Source: Trueperaceae bacterium
GTDB lineage: Bacteria > Deinococcota > Deinococci > Deinococcales > Trueperaceae
Length of the DNA stretch: 64,000 nt
Assembly: GCA_965213705.1 (NCBI GenBank)
Contig: OZ243913.1
Span: 448,001-512,000, forward strand
Direction of reading: 5' to 3'
Below the pieces are notes generated by a model that was not told where the DNA came from, ran no database searches, and saw only the letters and a program-made list of their open reading frames with translations. How positions within the stretch are numbered: the first letter of the stretch is position 1; each line of letters begins with the position of its first letter. Both the position numbers and the translations under genes were made by a program. Shown here one piece after another: positions 10,358 to 20,212 of the stretch.

Positions 10358-11329
10358 TCAGCCATAGCGAATGCGCGGGTCGGTCCAGGCGAGGGCGAAG
10401 TCGGCGAGCAGGTTGCCAATCATGAGGAGGAGGCTCGAGAACAGCAGTAGCGTCATTGCCACGTACTGGTCTTTGGCTAGAAGTGAGTCGTACAGCAGCG
10501 GCCCGATGGTCGGCAGGTTGAGCACAATCGCCACGATGATGGTGCCGTTGATGAGTTCGGGCAAACTCAAGCCGGCCAGCGTGATAAGGGGGTTGACGGC
10601 GTTACGCACGGCGTGCCGGTAGGTGACGCGGTGGTCGGTCAGTCCCTTGGCCCTTGCAGTCCGCACGTAGTCCGCACCGAGCACGTCGAGCAAGTTAGCG
10701 CGCATCTGCCGCATCACAAAAGCGATGCCCGCGGTGCCGATGGCGAGGACGGGTATCCACAAGTGGTTGAGCAGGTCGAGCACTTTCGCCAGACTCCACG
10801 GCGCGCCGATGTACTGCGCACTGAACAGCCCGCCCACCTGCGTGCCGCCATAGTTCAACACGAGCGCGACGAGCAGCAGCGCCGCCAAAAAGTCCGGAAT
10901 CGCCAGGCCGATGTACCCAACAAAACTCGCCACCGCGTCGGTAAAACCGTTGCGGTGGACCGCCGTATAAATTCCCAGCGGCACCGCGATAAGCCACGAA
11001 AACAACATGGTGAGGCTGGCGATGACGACCGTCCAGACGAGCCGTTCCCCAATCATGGTCACGACCGGGCGGTTGGCGAAAAACGAATAGCCGAAGTCGC
11101 CGCGCGTGACGATGCCCCAGACCCAGCGCGCGTACTGCTCGTAAGCCGGGCGGTCCAGCCCGAGCTGCGCGCTGATACGGTCGACCGTCGCCTGCGTAAA
11201 ACGCGGGTCTTCCAAGTAGCGGTCGGTAAAGCTGCCCGGCTGCAGTTGGATGACCGTGAAACACACGACCGACACCAGAAACAGCGTCGGAATCACGACC
11301 AGGACGCGGCGAACGAGATAGGTGAACAT
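10358..11329 (-). CDS. Opp/Dpp-family ABC permease (OppB-like)
   Basis: GLDRP..EQY, GDFGYS, YVRTARAKGL, TDPRIR motifs. Confidence 0.92.
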   Translation of the reverse strand: MFTYLVRRVLVVIPTLFLVSVVCFTVIQLQPGSFTDRYLEDPRFTQATVDRISAQLGLDRPAYEQYARWVWGIVTRGDFGYSFFANRPVVTMIGERLVWTVVIASLTMLFSWLIAVPLGIYTAVHRNGFTDAVASFVGYIGLAIPDFLAALLLVALVLNYGGTQVGGLFSAQYIGAPWSLAKVLDLLNHLWIPVLAIGTAGIAFVMRQMRANLLDVLGADYVRTARAKGLTDHRVTYRHAVRNAVNPLITLAGLSLPELINGTIIVAIVLNLPTIGPLLYDSLLAKDQYVAMTLLLFSSLLLMIGNLLADFALAWTDPRIRYG

Positions 11330-11334
11330 GAAAT

Positions 11335-11404
11335 AAAGTACCGAGTACCGAGTGGAAAGTACCGAGTCAAACCACTTTCAACTCGGTACTCAGAACTCGG
11401 TACT
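11335..11404. repeat. Heptamer-repeat hairpin (GTACCGA / TCGGTAC)
   Basis: AAGTACCGAGTACCGAGTGGAAAGTACCGAGT...ACTCGGTACTCAGAACTCGGTACT between the SBP and permease genes. Confidence 0.8.
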
Positions 11405-11411
11405 CTTCTGG

Positions 11412-13178
11412 TTATTGCCCTATAAAGTACAGCGGGACGGGGTTGTAGCCCGGAATGACGCCGAGCGTGTAGACGAAGTTGTTGACTTTGTCGTACACGG
11501 CCGCCGAGTTCGCAGGTTTGGCAATCATGATGACGGGCAGGTTCTCGGCGTTCAAGACTTGCCACTCTTTGTACAACTCGACTCGAGCATCCTGGTCGGT
11601 GAGCCTGGAGCCCTCGTCGAAAATCTCGTAGATGCGGCGTTCCCAGTCGGTCATGGCGTCGAAGTTCGCGCCCGCGCCGTCCTCAGCCGGTTGCGTGCTG
11701 CGGTGCCAGTAGTAGAGCGAGCCGCCCGGCTGCCAGATGGGTTTGCGCAGTTCGGGGTCGGGCTGGTTGCCGAAGGCGAGGATGATCGAGTCGAAGTCGC
11801 CTGCTAAACCGGTACTGAACAGCGCGCTCGCCTGGATGCCGACGAGGTCAACCTTGACGCCGATTTGGGCGAGGTCGTTTTGGAGGATGGTGACGATTGC
11901 GGGTGTGGTCGAAGACTCGACGCTGTAGGTGAGGCCGAACTCGAGTTCTTTCTCAGACGTGATGTTGCGCACCCCGTCGCCGTCGGTGTCGGTCAGGCCC
12001 ATCTCGTCGAGCATGGCCGCGGCGGCGTCTAAGTCGAAGCTGCCCAACAGCTCGGTCGTGTCCTCGTAAAAGGTGCCGTCGACCGGCGCGGTCGGCGTGC
12101 CGGGCAGGGTCGCTAAGCCGTTGTACACGGTCTCGATAATGCGCTGGCGGTCCACGGCCGACTGCATCGCCTGACGAAAGCGCAGGTCGCTGAACACGTT
12201 CGCCAGGTCCGGGTCGCTGGCGTCGAAGTTGAAGGCCAGGTGGGGCGGCGAGCCGAACAGCGCGGTGCTCTGCACCACGCGGAAGTCCGCGCCCGCGACC
12301 TCGCGCGACTTCAGGTCGGGAAACTGCGCGCCGGAAATGTTGAGTTCGTCGATGTTGCCCGCCAAAAACTGCGCCAGTTGCGCCTCGGCCCCGCGGATGA
12401 TGAGGAATTCCAAGGTGTCGATGTAGGGCAGTTGCGTGCCCGTGCTGTCAGTTTTCCAGTAGTTCGGGTTTTTCTGCAGGGTGACTTTTTGCCCCGGCAC
12501 GTAAGCGCTGAGCATGTACGGCCCCGTCCCGACGACATCTGTTACAGGACCGGTAGTCGGCCAGGCATTGTTGATGTCGGCGGCCTGCGCGCCGCCTTCG
12601 ACGCTGAACGACTCCAACTTGTGCTTCGGCATGATGAAAAAGCGCTGCTGCAGCAAAAACGCCGCCGAAGCCGTCGGCAGGGTCATCCGCACGGTCAGGT
12701 CGTCGACTTTCTCGAACATAACCATCTGGTCTTCGCCGTCCACGTTGAAGGTAAAGTTCGCTGCGTCGCCCGACTTGGCCTCGGGGTTAGTGATGATTTG
12801 GTCGTAGGTGAAGACCACGTCGTCGGCGGTAAAGGGTTCGCCGTCCGACCAGGTCACGCCGTCGCGCAGGTTGAAGGTGTAAACCGTGCCGTCCTCGCTT
12901 ATGTCCCAGGACTCGGCCAGACCGGGCTCTAACTCGTAGGTGTCCAGGTTGAATTCTACCAAACTGTCGAACATCTGTTGCGCCAACACGGCCACGTTGT
13001 TGTTGATTTCACCGTAGTAAAAAAAGGTCGAGGGTGAGTCGTCGAGCGGGAGCGTAAGCATTCCGCCGGGCGTGCCGGGTTGAATGTCTAAGCTGCTGTA
13101 GTCGGGCACCGTCTTGGGTTGGGCCAAAACGCCGCCGACCAGCAAGGTGACGAGCAGGGCGATAAAACGTGCTTTCAT
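11412..13178 (-). CDS. Family-5 (Opp-type) substrate-binding protein, possibly oligosaccharide-binding
   Basis: Start MKARFIALL with GGAGG RBS; PGLAESW, LRDGVTWSDGEPFTADDVVFT, VGTGPY, KNPNYWK motifs. Confidence 0.9.
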   Translation of the reverse strand: MKARFIALLVTLLVGGVLAQPKTVPDYSSLDIQPGTPGGMLTLPLDDSPSTFFYYGEINNNVAVLAQQMFDSLVEFNLDTYELEPGLAESWDISEDGTVYTFNLRDGVTWSDGEPFTADDVVFTYDQIITNPEAKSGDAANFTFNVDGEDQMVMFEKVDDLTVRMTLPTASAAFLLQQRFFIMPKHKLESFSVEGGAQAADINNAWPTTGPVTDVVGTGPYMLSAYVPGQKVTLQKNPNYWKTDSTGTQLPYIDTLEFLIIRGAEAQLAQFLAGNIDELNISGAQFPDLKSREVAGADFRVVQSTALFGSPPHLAFNFDASDPDLANVFSDLRFRQAMQSAVDRQRIIETVYNGLATLPGTPTAPVDGTFYEDTTELLGSFDLDAAAAMLDEMGLTDTDGDGVRNITSEKELEFGLTYSVESSTTPAIVTILQNDLAQIGVKVDLVGIQASALFSTGLAGDFDSIILAFGNQPDPELRKPIWQPGGSLYYWHRSTQPAEDGAGANFDAMTDWERRIYEIFDEGSRLTDQDARVELYKEWQVLNAENLPVIMIAKPANSAAVYDKVNNFVYTLGVIPGYNPVPLYFIGQ

Positions 13179-13209
13179 CAAAACCTCCTTGGGTCGTTTG
13201 AGACGGTCA

Positions 13210-13238
13210 AGCATATACCAGTTAGAGACCAATTGCAA
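13210..13238 (-). promoter_or_regulatory. Sigma70-type promoter (TTGCAA-N17-TATGCT) with a TGGT(C/A)T direct-repeat operator
   Basis: Minus strand TTGCAA TTGGTCTCTAACTGGTA TATGCT; near-identical spacer to 6487-6514. Confidence 0.7.
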
Positions 13239-13286
13239 TTCGGGCGGGGGCGGCGGTCTTCATACTTTTGGGGTGGGGGTTTGAGA

Positions 13287-13325
13287 GAAGTACCGAGTAC
13301 CGAGTGAAAAGTACCGAGTGAAAAG
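13287..13325. repeat. GTACCGA tandem repeat
   Basis: AAGTACCGAGTACCGAGTGAAAAGTACCGAGTGAAAA. Confidence 0.75.
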
Positions 13326-13350
13326 CGGTTCTCAGTTTTGTTCTGTCAAC

Positions 13351-15117
13351 TCACGTTCTCACCTCCTCGAGCCATTCGCCCAAACTGGCGGCGGCTGAGG
13401 TCGGAGCGTCTAAAGATAGGGCGAGCACTTCTCTTTCGGTGGGGGAAAGGGGTTTGTCCAGCCCCAGCTCGAGCGATGCAAATCTTTCGCTCTCGGGGGT
13501 CAGGCCGCCCGCCAACACAAAACGCTGCGCGGCTTTGAACAGGGGATGCTCCAAAGGCACGTCCACCGCCCAAGCCAGAAGTGCGCCGCCCGCCAACAGG
13601 CGCGTTTGGAGTTGCTGGGTCAAACCATCACTCTCCCAAACCCGCCGGGGTGTCACTTTGTGCTCGAGACAAAAACTCGCCAACGTCCCCGCCGCCTCGC
13701 CGACCGCCCACTCGACCGGGTGCAAGCGGTACGCACCGTTCGACAGGTGCGTCGTACCGATGTTTTTGCAGGCCGCGAGCAGGTTGCGGGTCGTCTCAGG
13801 GATGAGCGCGCCCAGGGGGATTTGAAACGGCAACGTAGGCGCGAACATCGTCACCTCGTCGTTGCCGACCGACGGGTGAAGGTCCAGCTGATACCAGCCG
13901 ACGCCGACCGAGTTGGGATGGGGGCGGGCTCGAGCGCCCCGATTCGGCCCGGCGGCGACGTCTTGTTCGGTGACGCGCTCGAGGGCTTTAATGCGCCGCG
14001 ACTCGCGGATGTAGGGGTCTTTGGAAAGCCCGTCACGCGTGCCCATCGCGTCTTTGCAAAGTTTGAGTTCGGGGTAGCCGTAGCCGCCTTCGTCGCGTGG
14101 GCACTCGGTCTGGAGCCAGTACAAAAAGCCGAGCGATAGACGTTTGGCCTCGTTCAAAATCCGTTTTTGCTCAGTTTTAGACTTGTCGATGAGGTTGGCG
14201 AAGCGGTAGTCGTTCCCCGCCCAGTTGATTAAGGCGAGGTCGTGGCCCGTGCCCAACAAGCCAGCGTCGAACACGCGCCGGTAGCTCCAAAAGGGCAACT
14301 CGCCTCTCTCGCCGCGCTCGAACATCTTAAAGTGCGTCTCGTTCGGCTGGCCCACGTTCAGGTGCAGCGCGTAGGGTTGGGTGTCTCTGAAATACTCGTA
14401 GCCCGCGGGTTTGGTGACGGTGTGGTTTTCGCCGGAGCGGTACTCGAGCACAAAACCGTAAGTAAAGCTCTGCACCTCGTCCGGCGCGGCCGGCCCGACT
14501 TTAGCGTGAGGTTCACCCGTATCGTCCCGTGACTCTGCGCCCGTCACATAAGCTGTACCGGTGAGCGGCAGCAGGTCGCCCAAATCGGTCGCGTCGAGGA
14601 AATAGCTCGCTGCTAGAGTGACCTCTGCATTTTTGGGGCCGCGCAGCGTGACGGTTTCGACCTTGTTGTTCTCAACCTTCGCCTTGATGGGTCGGTGGCG
14701 CTTCAGGACCGTCAGCTTTCCGCTGAAGAGGTAGGGCTCGAGCATCTCCCTAAGCACCTGCTCGCCCACGCGCGGCTCGAAGCAGAGGCGGCTCACCCAG
14801 CCGTTGCCGGGGTTGAGGGGCGTCAGCCCGTCCGGCATCGTCGGCCCAACGTCATAGCGGTCTCGGTAATGCTCGCGGATGCGTTCTCGTAACTCGCAGT
14901 ACCTCCGCGTCCCGCCGAAGGTTTCGATGTGTAGGTGCTCATCAAAGGCCGACACCCCTTGCGCCGTCATCTGCCCGCCGAGCCAGTCGGTCGCCTCGGT
15001 CAACACGACCTTGTGACCGGCCTCGAGCACTGCCAGCGCCGCCGCCACCCCGCCCATGCTGCCGCCGACGATGGCGATGTCGCAGGTTAGGTCGGTCTCG
15101 AGCCTCACGTTCGTCAT
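13351..15117 (-). CDS. FAD-dependent oxidoreductase (FAD_oxidored-like family)
   Basis: Rossmann motif IVGGSMGGVAAA; LGGQMT, DATDLGDL, YIRESRR, FQIPLGALIP, AYRLHPVEW. Confidence 0.85.
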   Translation of the reverse strand: MTNVRLETDLTCDIAIVGGSMGGVAAALAVLEAGHKVVLTEATDWLGGQMTAQGVSAFDEHLHIETFGGTRRYCELRERIREHYRDRYDVGPTMPDGLTPLNPGNGWVSRLCFEPRVGEQVLREMLEPYLFSGKLTVLKRHRPIKAKVENNKVETVTLRGPKNAEVTLAASYFLDATDLGDLLPLTGTAYVTGAESRDDTGEPHAKVGPAAPDEVQSFTYGFVLEYRSGENHTVTKPAGYEYFRDTQPYALHLNVGQPNETHFKMFERGERGELPFWSYRRVFDAGLLGTGHDLALINWAGNDYRFANLIDKSKTEQKRILNEAKRLSLGFLYWLQTECPRDEGGYGYPELKLCKDAMGTRDGLSKDPYIRESRRIKALERVTEQDVAAGPNRGARARPHPNSVGVGWYQLDLHPSVGNDEVTMFAPTLPFQIPLGALIPETTRNLLAACKNIGTTHLSNGAYRLHPVEWAVGEAAGTLASFCLEHKVTPRRVWESDGLTQQLQTRLLAGGALLAWAVDVPLEHPLFKAAQRFVLAGGLTPESERFASLELGLDKPLSPTEREVLALSLDAPTSAAASLGEWLEEVRT

Positions 15118-16610
15118 TTTTGCTCAACCGTAAAAGGAAACACGCCCGTAAACAGGCGCGGCCAGGCGAGGGTGGGGGTTTGCCAGGAAAGCGTCAAACC
15201 TTCTTCGGCAAAGTATTTTTCCCAGAAGTTGAGCGCCAACGGTTTAATAAACCTGCCGACCAAGTACTTCGCCTCTTCAAGTTGTTCGCCCAGGTCGAAG
15301 GGGCTGGGGTTGTGAAGTTGCTGCCGCACCCCCTCACGCACGCGCGCTTGGTAAAAATAATCATCGACGAAGCGGTTGAAAAGTGTTTCCATCCAAACAG
15401 CGCGGTTCTGAATACGGCTCGAGACCACACCCAGCGCCAGCGCACCGCCCAAGGTGTTTCCCGCCGTGTTCCAGGCACTAAAGCCCGCAAGTTTGCTCAG
15501 CGGGAGGGCGTCCAGCAGCGTCATCAACCTGCGCTCGGCCCCGTTGGCGTAGGCGATGTCGGCGACGGTGACAGGTGTTTCCGCCTCGAGCCTGCGCTGA
15601 ATAAAATCCACAAACGCCGGCAAGTGCCGCGCGGGCGTGTCGACCGTGGCGAAGTCCGGCTGCGCGCCCGCTTGCTTGGTCGCAGGCGTGTTGACGACCA
15701 GCACGAGGTCGGCCTCGGCTAGAGTATCTGTTTGCACACAGCCCGCCGCGCGCAGGTGCGCCGTGACGAGTTCGCCCGCCGGACGGTCTTCGTACAAGAG
15801 TTCTGCCGCCGCGCCGAGCACGCTCGAGTAGCGCACGTACACTTTCGTCGGCGTGTCCTGCAAAACCCGTGCCAGCAGCGTCACCCCCACCTCGTCCGCG
15901 CCGGGGTAGATGTCGACTTTGGACCACAAGCCGAGCGCGTCCGTTCTCGCCTCGAGCCCGCGCCGGTCGTGCGCGGCGAGCCCGTAGGTGCTCGTGTCGT
16001 CGAGGGTGAGGCAGAGGTGGTTGATGACGTTTGCGTGGACAAGCTCGAGCGCGCCCAAGTGCAACTGATGGTTGCGCCGCCGCGTCGCCAGCCAGTCGTC
16101 CAAAATTTTGCTCGGCACGGCGGCGAGGGCGCGTTGCAACCGCGTTTCGTCCTCGGTCGTCCCGTGGCGCTCGAAGCGGTCGAAGGCCTCGCTGTAAAAG
16201 CGCAGCGCGGGGCCGTGCTCGCCGTAGTAGGGCTTTTCTTCCAGAGGGTCGTCGTCGTGGGCCACCCGCACCACCACGCCGCCCGCGAGGATTCTGAGGT
16301 CGGGGTTGAGACGTTTGAGGTCTTGAAGAAGCTCGAGCCGTTCCAGCACGGTTTCCAGCGGCGTGTCCACGATGCGCGCCGGAACCATGCCGCCTAAAGT
16401 GAGGGTCTCGAGGGAGAGGATGAGAACGTCTGAGTTCGAAGTTTGCTCCTCGAGCCAACTCCTGAGCGCCCCAAAGTCGCCGGGACGGTTGAGCCAGTTC
16501 AGCGCCTCGGGCGGCGGAGTTGCAACCTCCACACCCGCCGCGCGCGCCAGCCCGACCGGAAAATCAAGCGTCGGCGGGCGCGTGTCGGGCGGGACGAGGA
16601 GCATTTTCAA
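15114..16610 (-). CDS. DUF4127-like protein
   Basis: TTG start overlapping the upstream TGA; LVPPDTRP, YPGADE, DIAYANG, FSAWNTAGNTLG, RFVDDYFYQ motifs that I associate with DUF4127. The 713-aa ORF call is over-extended at the N-terminus. Confidence 0.75.
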   Translation of the reverse strand: MKMLLVPPDTRPPTLDFPVGLARAAGVEVATPPPEALNWLNRPGDFGALRSWLEEQTSNSDVLILSLETLTLGGMVPARIVDTPLETVLERLELLQDLKRLNPDLRILAGGVVVRVAHDDDPLEEKPYYGEHGPALRFYSEAFDRFERHGTTEDETRLQRALAAVPSKILDDWLATRRRNHQLHLGALELVHANVINHLCLTLDDTSTYGLAAHDRRGLEARTDALGLWSKVDIYPGADEVGVTLLARVLQDTPTKVYVRYSSVLGAAAELLYEDRPAGELVTAHLRAAGCVQTDTLAEADLVLVVNTPATKQAGAQPDFATVDTPARHLPAFVDFIQRRLEAETPVTVADIAYANGAERRLMTLLDALPLSKLAGFSAWNTAGNTLGGALALGVVSSRIQNRAVWMETLFNRFVDDYFYQARVREGVRQQLHNPSPFDLGEQLEEAKYLVGRFIKPLALNFWEKYFAEEGLTLSWQTPTLAWPRLFTGVFPFTVEQK

Positions 16611-17788
16611 GGGTTTGCCTGCAGCGCTGCCGGGTCGTAGGCTCGAGCCACCACCCCGATAGGCAAGCACGAAAAGCCCGGCGGTGTGAAATCGAACCGG
16701 AACGTGCCCGTCTCGCCCTGCTCCACGGCGACTTGCCCGATGGCCGTGCCCAGGTTGTTCACGTCGAGCACGCCCAAATTGTCCTCGGGCAGTTTGAAGG
16801 TGCGGCCGTCCTCGAGTCGCACCGCCCCCGAAATCACGCAGCCGATGTTGACCACGTAAAAACGCACTATCTTGTCCGCGCCGGTCTCGTTCGTCACCGA
16901 GGCGTCGACGTGGTAGAGCATCCCGTAGTTGCCCCGGTTTTGCGCCTCCGCATCGGTCATTCCGTCCACGCCGAAAACCCAGTCCGTTCCCGGCGCGACC
17001 GTGAAACCTTGCTCTTCGTCGCTGTCGAAGGTCAAACCTACTTCGACGTTGCGCTCCGCCCCCGGAAAAGTACCGCGGCCCGCGCCTGTGGTGTTGGCGG
17101 GGATGTCCGGCAAACCTTCGACGCCTTCGGTCCCTTCGTCCAGCGCCACGACGAGGACTTCGACCGGGCCGCTCGTTTCCAGTTCGGCCTGCAACGTCGC
17201 GCCTTCGCGGCGTTCGACCAGGGTTTCGGGAAGCGTGGGCTCGAGCCACGCCCACGCACCGGGCTCTAGTATGAGTGGGTAAGGCTCGAGCGGGCTCAAA
17301 ACCTCGTAAGCCACCTCCTGCCCGCCGTAGCGCAGCCCGTAGCGACCCGCCTTGGCCGTGCCGAGCGCGGTCACAGTAACGCTGACCTCGTCTTTTCCAG
17401 GGTTTCTTACCGCCACGCCGAAGCGCTTCTTTGTTAAGTCGGCGTTAACGTGGTAAAAGTACACGCTGCCCGCGCCGTCCACCACACCCCGGTACAACAC
17501 ACCCTCGCCGGACACGTTCTCGGGCCGGTTGCTCATAACCTGCGTGCGGCCGAGCGGTGTAATTGTCGTTGCCACGGCCGCCGCCTCGAACTCTTTTTTG
17601 GTGTAGCGCCAACCCATCTCGATACTTTGGCCGAGTTCCAACGGCGGCGTGCCGAACACGGCATCCTCCAAAACAACTTTGTCCTGAGCTAAACCGAGTC
17701 CGCCGACGAGCAAGAAAACGATAAAACCGATACAGCGAGCGTGCTCCAACGTTCGATTTGTCCTTTCGAAAGCGTTACTCCTCTTCAC
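16607..17788 (-). CDS. Secreted hypothetical protein
   Basis: Signal-peptide-like segment ending GLAQ; SNRPE, GVLYR, YFYHVN, NRGNYG; coupled within the operon. Confidence 0.7.
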   Translation of the reverse strand: MKRSNAFERTNRTLEHARCIGFIVFLLVGGLGLAQDKVVLEDAVFGTPPLELGQSIEMGWRYTKKEFEAAAVATTITPLGRTQVMSNRPENVSGEGVLYRGVVDGAGSVYFYHVNADLTKKRFGVAVRNPGKDEVSVTVTALGTAKAGRYGLRYGGQEVAYEVLSPLEPYPLILEPGAWAWLEPTLPETLVERREGATLQAELETSGPVEVLVVALDEGTEGVEGLPDIPANTTGAGRGTFPGAERNVEVGLTFDSDEEQGFTVAPGTDWVFGVDGMTDAEAQNRGNYGMLYHVDASVTNETGADKIVRFYVVNIGCVISGAVRLEDGRTFKLPEDNLGVLDVNNLGTAIGQVAVEQGETGTFRFDFTPPGFSCLPIGVVARAYDPAALQANP

Positions 17789-17809
17789 TTTTTCCTTTCT
17801 CCTTTTCCC

Positions 17810-18661
17810 TCAATAATTCCTATCCGTCACCGCCCGCGCCGTCGCCGCCACCGCACTTTCCGCGCCGTCGCGCCTCGCGAGGAGGGCGGCGAACAGGGCG
17901 TCGAGCAGCAGAAGTTGGCCCAGCTTGCTCGGAATCGAGCCGCCGGTCAGCGGTGACTCAGGAAGGGCGGTAAAGAGGGTGAAGTCGGCGACGGCCGCGG
18001 CGGGACTTTTGGCACGCTGGCTCACCGCGACGGTGGTGACGCCGCGCGCGTGCGCAAGTTCCAACGCCCGCACCGTGTCGATGGTCGAGCCCGAGCGCGA
18101 AATGCCTATCATCACTGCGTTCTTCGGCAGCGTGGCGGCGGCCATCGCGGCGAGGTGAGCGTCCTCCAACACGTTCACGTGGTAGCCGAGGCGCAAAAAC
18201 TTGTAGCCGAAGTCGCGCGCCGTGACCCCGGACGCGCCCGCGCCGAAAACGAGAATTTGGTCGGTGTTCAGCAGGGCCGTGACGACCCGCTCGAGCACCC
18301 CCAAGTCAAGCAGCGCCTTGGTTTCCTGAACGGCTTGCAGGGCGCTGGCGGTCACGCTTTCCAAAATGCTCGAGAGGTCGCCCGCATCACCTAAGGCTTC
18401 GGCGCGCGGACTCAGCGCTAAGTCGGCGGCGAGGGCGAGTTTGAAGTCCTGAAACCCTTTGAAGCCCAAGTCGCGGCACAGGCGAATCACGCTCGCCTCG
18501 CCCACCTTGCCAAGCTCGGCGAGTTCGGTGACCGACTGGTAGATGGTTTCTTCGGGAGCCTCGAGCACCACCTTTGCCAAGCGTTTCAGCGCGGGCGTGA
18601 GGTAGTCCAGGCCGGAGCGCAAACGGGCCAAGGCCCCGGTGGAGGGTGCTGTTTGGGTCAA
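17810..18661 (-). CDS. MurR/RpiR-family transcriptional regulator
   Basis: HTH SVTELAE..VGEASVIRLCRDLGFKGFQDFK plus SIS domain (FGAGAS, ISRSGST); TTG start overlaps the nanE stop. Confidence 0.9.
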   Translation of the reverse strand: MTQTAPSTGALARLRSGLDYLTPALKRLAKVVLEAPEETIYQSVTELAELGKVGEASVIRLCRDLGFKGFQDFKLALAADLALSPRAEALGDAGDLSSILESVTASALQAVQETKALLDLGVLERVVTALLNTDQILVFGAGASGVTARDFGYKFLRLGYHVNVLEDAHLAAMAAATLPKNAVMIGISRSGSTIDTVRALELAHARGVTTVAVSQRAKSPAAAVADFTLFTALPESPLTGGSIPSKLGQLLLLDALFAALLARRDGAESAVAATARAVTDRNY

Positions 18662-19329
18662 GGCGCTGTGGCTTGAAGGTTCAGGGCGTCCCGAAACCAG
18701 CCCGTCACCACCTCGGGCCGGGTGATGGCGCTGCCCACGACGACGGCGTGAGCCCCGCGCTCGAGCGCTTGCCTCGCTTCTTCCGGGTTGCGAATGCGTC
18801 CCTCGGCGATGGGCCGAATCCCGAGCGCCGCGAGGTCGCTGATGATTTTCAAGTCGGGACCGTCTTGCTGCGGCGAATAACTCGTGTAGCCCGAGAGCGT
18901 GGTGCTGACATAGTCCGCCCCGGCCTCGAGCGCCCAAACCGCTTCCTGCACGGTCGACACGTCGGCCAGCGCGAGTTTCGAACATCCGTGAACGGCGTCG
19001 ACAAGCTCCTTGACCGTCACGGGCCGTTTCCGCGTGGTGGCGTCGAAAGCGATGATGTCCGCGCCCGCCGCGGCGACTGCCGCAACGTCGTCGAAGTGCG
19101 GCGTGATGTAGATGTCGCCAAACTCGCCACTGCGCCGTTTGGTCAGGCCGATGATGGGTACGTTTTGCTCTGAACGCACCGCGCGGATGTTGGCGGCACC
19201 CTCGAGCCGCAACGCCGACGCCCCGCCGCGCACCGCGGCCTCGGCGAAGGCGGCGATAAACTCCGGCTTGCCGAACGGGCTGCCGGGGTCGGCTTGGCAA
19301 GAGACGACCAGCGCCCCCCCATCAATCAT
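18658..19329 (-). CDS. nanE: N-acetylmannosamine-6-phosphate 2-epimerase
   Basis: LVVSCQA, PIIGLTK, YITP, TTLSGYT, IAEGRI, VVVGSAITRP motifs. Confidence 0.92.
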   Translation of the reverse strand: MIDGGALVVSCQADPGSPFGKPEFIAAFAEAAVRGGASALRLEGAANIRAVRSEQNVPIIGLTKRRSGEFGDIYITPHFDDVAAVAAAGADIIAFDATTRKRPVTVKELVDAVHGCSKLALADVSTVQEAVWALEAGADYVSTTLSGYTSYSPQQDGPDLKIISDLAALGIRPIAEGRIRNPEEARQALERGAHAVVVGSAITRPEVVTGWFRDALNLQATAP

Positions 19330-19339
19330 CTCTCCACCC

Positions 19340-20212
19340 TCATCCCTTGACCGACCCGGCCAAACCCTCGATAAAGTAGCGCTGCAACAGCAAAAAGATG
19401 AGGATGACCGGGATAATCGAAATCACCGTCGCCGCCGCCACGTTGCCGAAACTCAAAGACAACTCGCCGGTCGTCAACCTCGCAATCGCCACCGAGAGTG
19501 GGAACTTGTCGGTGTCTTTTAGTACAATCAGCGGCCACTGGTAGATGTTCCAAAACGCCACGAACTCCAAAATCGTCACGGTGAGCAGGGCGGGCCGCAC
19601 CAGGGGCAGCATGATTCGCCACCACAGCACGAACTCGTTGGCCCCGTCGATGCGCCCGGCGTCCTCCAACTCCTGCGGCACCGACACGAACGCCTGCCGA
19701 ATCAAAAACACGTTGAACACCGTGACCGCGTTCGGCAGCACCACGCCGGTAAAGGTATTGGCGAGGTTCATCTTCACGAGCGTGAGGTAGTTCACCACGA
19801 TGTTGAGCGTCGTCGGCAAGACAAGCGTCGAGACGATGAGGAAAAAGATGATGTCGCGCCCCGGAAAGCGAATCCGCGCCAGCGCGTAACCCGACATCGA
19901 GGCCAGAACGAGGTTGGCGAGCACGCCCCAGGAGGTAATCACAAACGTGTTCCACAAAAAGCGCGGCATGTTCTGCGTTTGCCACACGGTGACAAAACTG
20001 CCGAAGTTGACCGGTTTGGGCAGCAGTTGCGGCGGGTAACTCAGCAAGTTCTGCCCGCTCTTGAGCGAGGTCGAGAGCAGCCACAAAAACGGCCCGATGG
20101 CGACCAAGGCGAAGATTATCAGCAGCGTGTAGAGAAGCAGCATTACCAGCAGACGTTTTACGTTGAACGGCCGGGCTCGAGCTTTCGTCGAAGCTTTCGT
20201 AACGGCCGCCAT
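19340..20212 (-). CDS. Carbohydrate ABC transporter permease (MalG-like)
   Basis: Start MAAVTKAS at 20212; ELEDAGRIDGA; WNIYQWPLI. Confidence 0.9.
   Translation of the reverse strand: MAAVTKASTKARARPFNVKRLLVMLLLYTLLIIFALVAIGPFLWLLSTSLKSGQNLLSYPPQLLPKPVNFGSFVTVWQTQNMPRFLWNTFVITSWGVLANLVLASMSGYALARIRFPGRDIIFFLIVSTLVLPTTLNIVVNYLTLVKMNLANTFTGVVLPNAVTVFNVFLIRQAFVSVPQELEDAGRIDGANEFVLWWRIMLPLVRPALLTVTILEFVAFWNIYQWPLIVLKDTDKFPLSVAIARLTTGELSLSFGNVAAATVISIIPVILIFLLLQRYFIEGLAGSVKG

Noticed and set aside
11335..11404. Short repeats as a CRISPR array
   Set aside because: Units are 7 nt with no unique 30-40-nt spacers, and there are no cas genes; the same applies to the other repeat tracts.
16611..17255. 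N-terminal extension of the 713-aa ORF
   Set aside because: Arg/Gly-rich shadow frame overlapping the real gene at 16607-17788; the true start is at 16610.
18662..19300. Apparent long N-terminus or fusion on the RpiR ORF (496 aa)
   Set aside because: Alternative frame of nanE; RpiR begins at the TTG overlapping the nanE stop.
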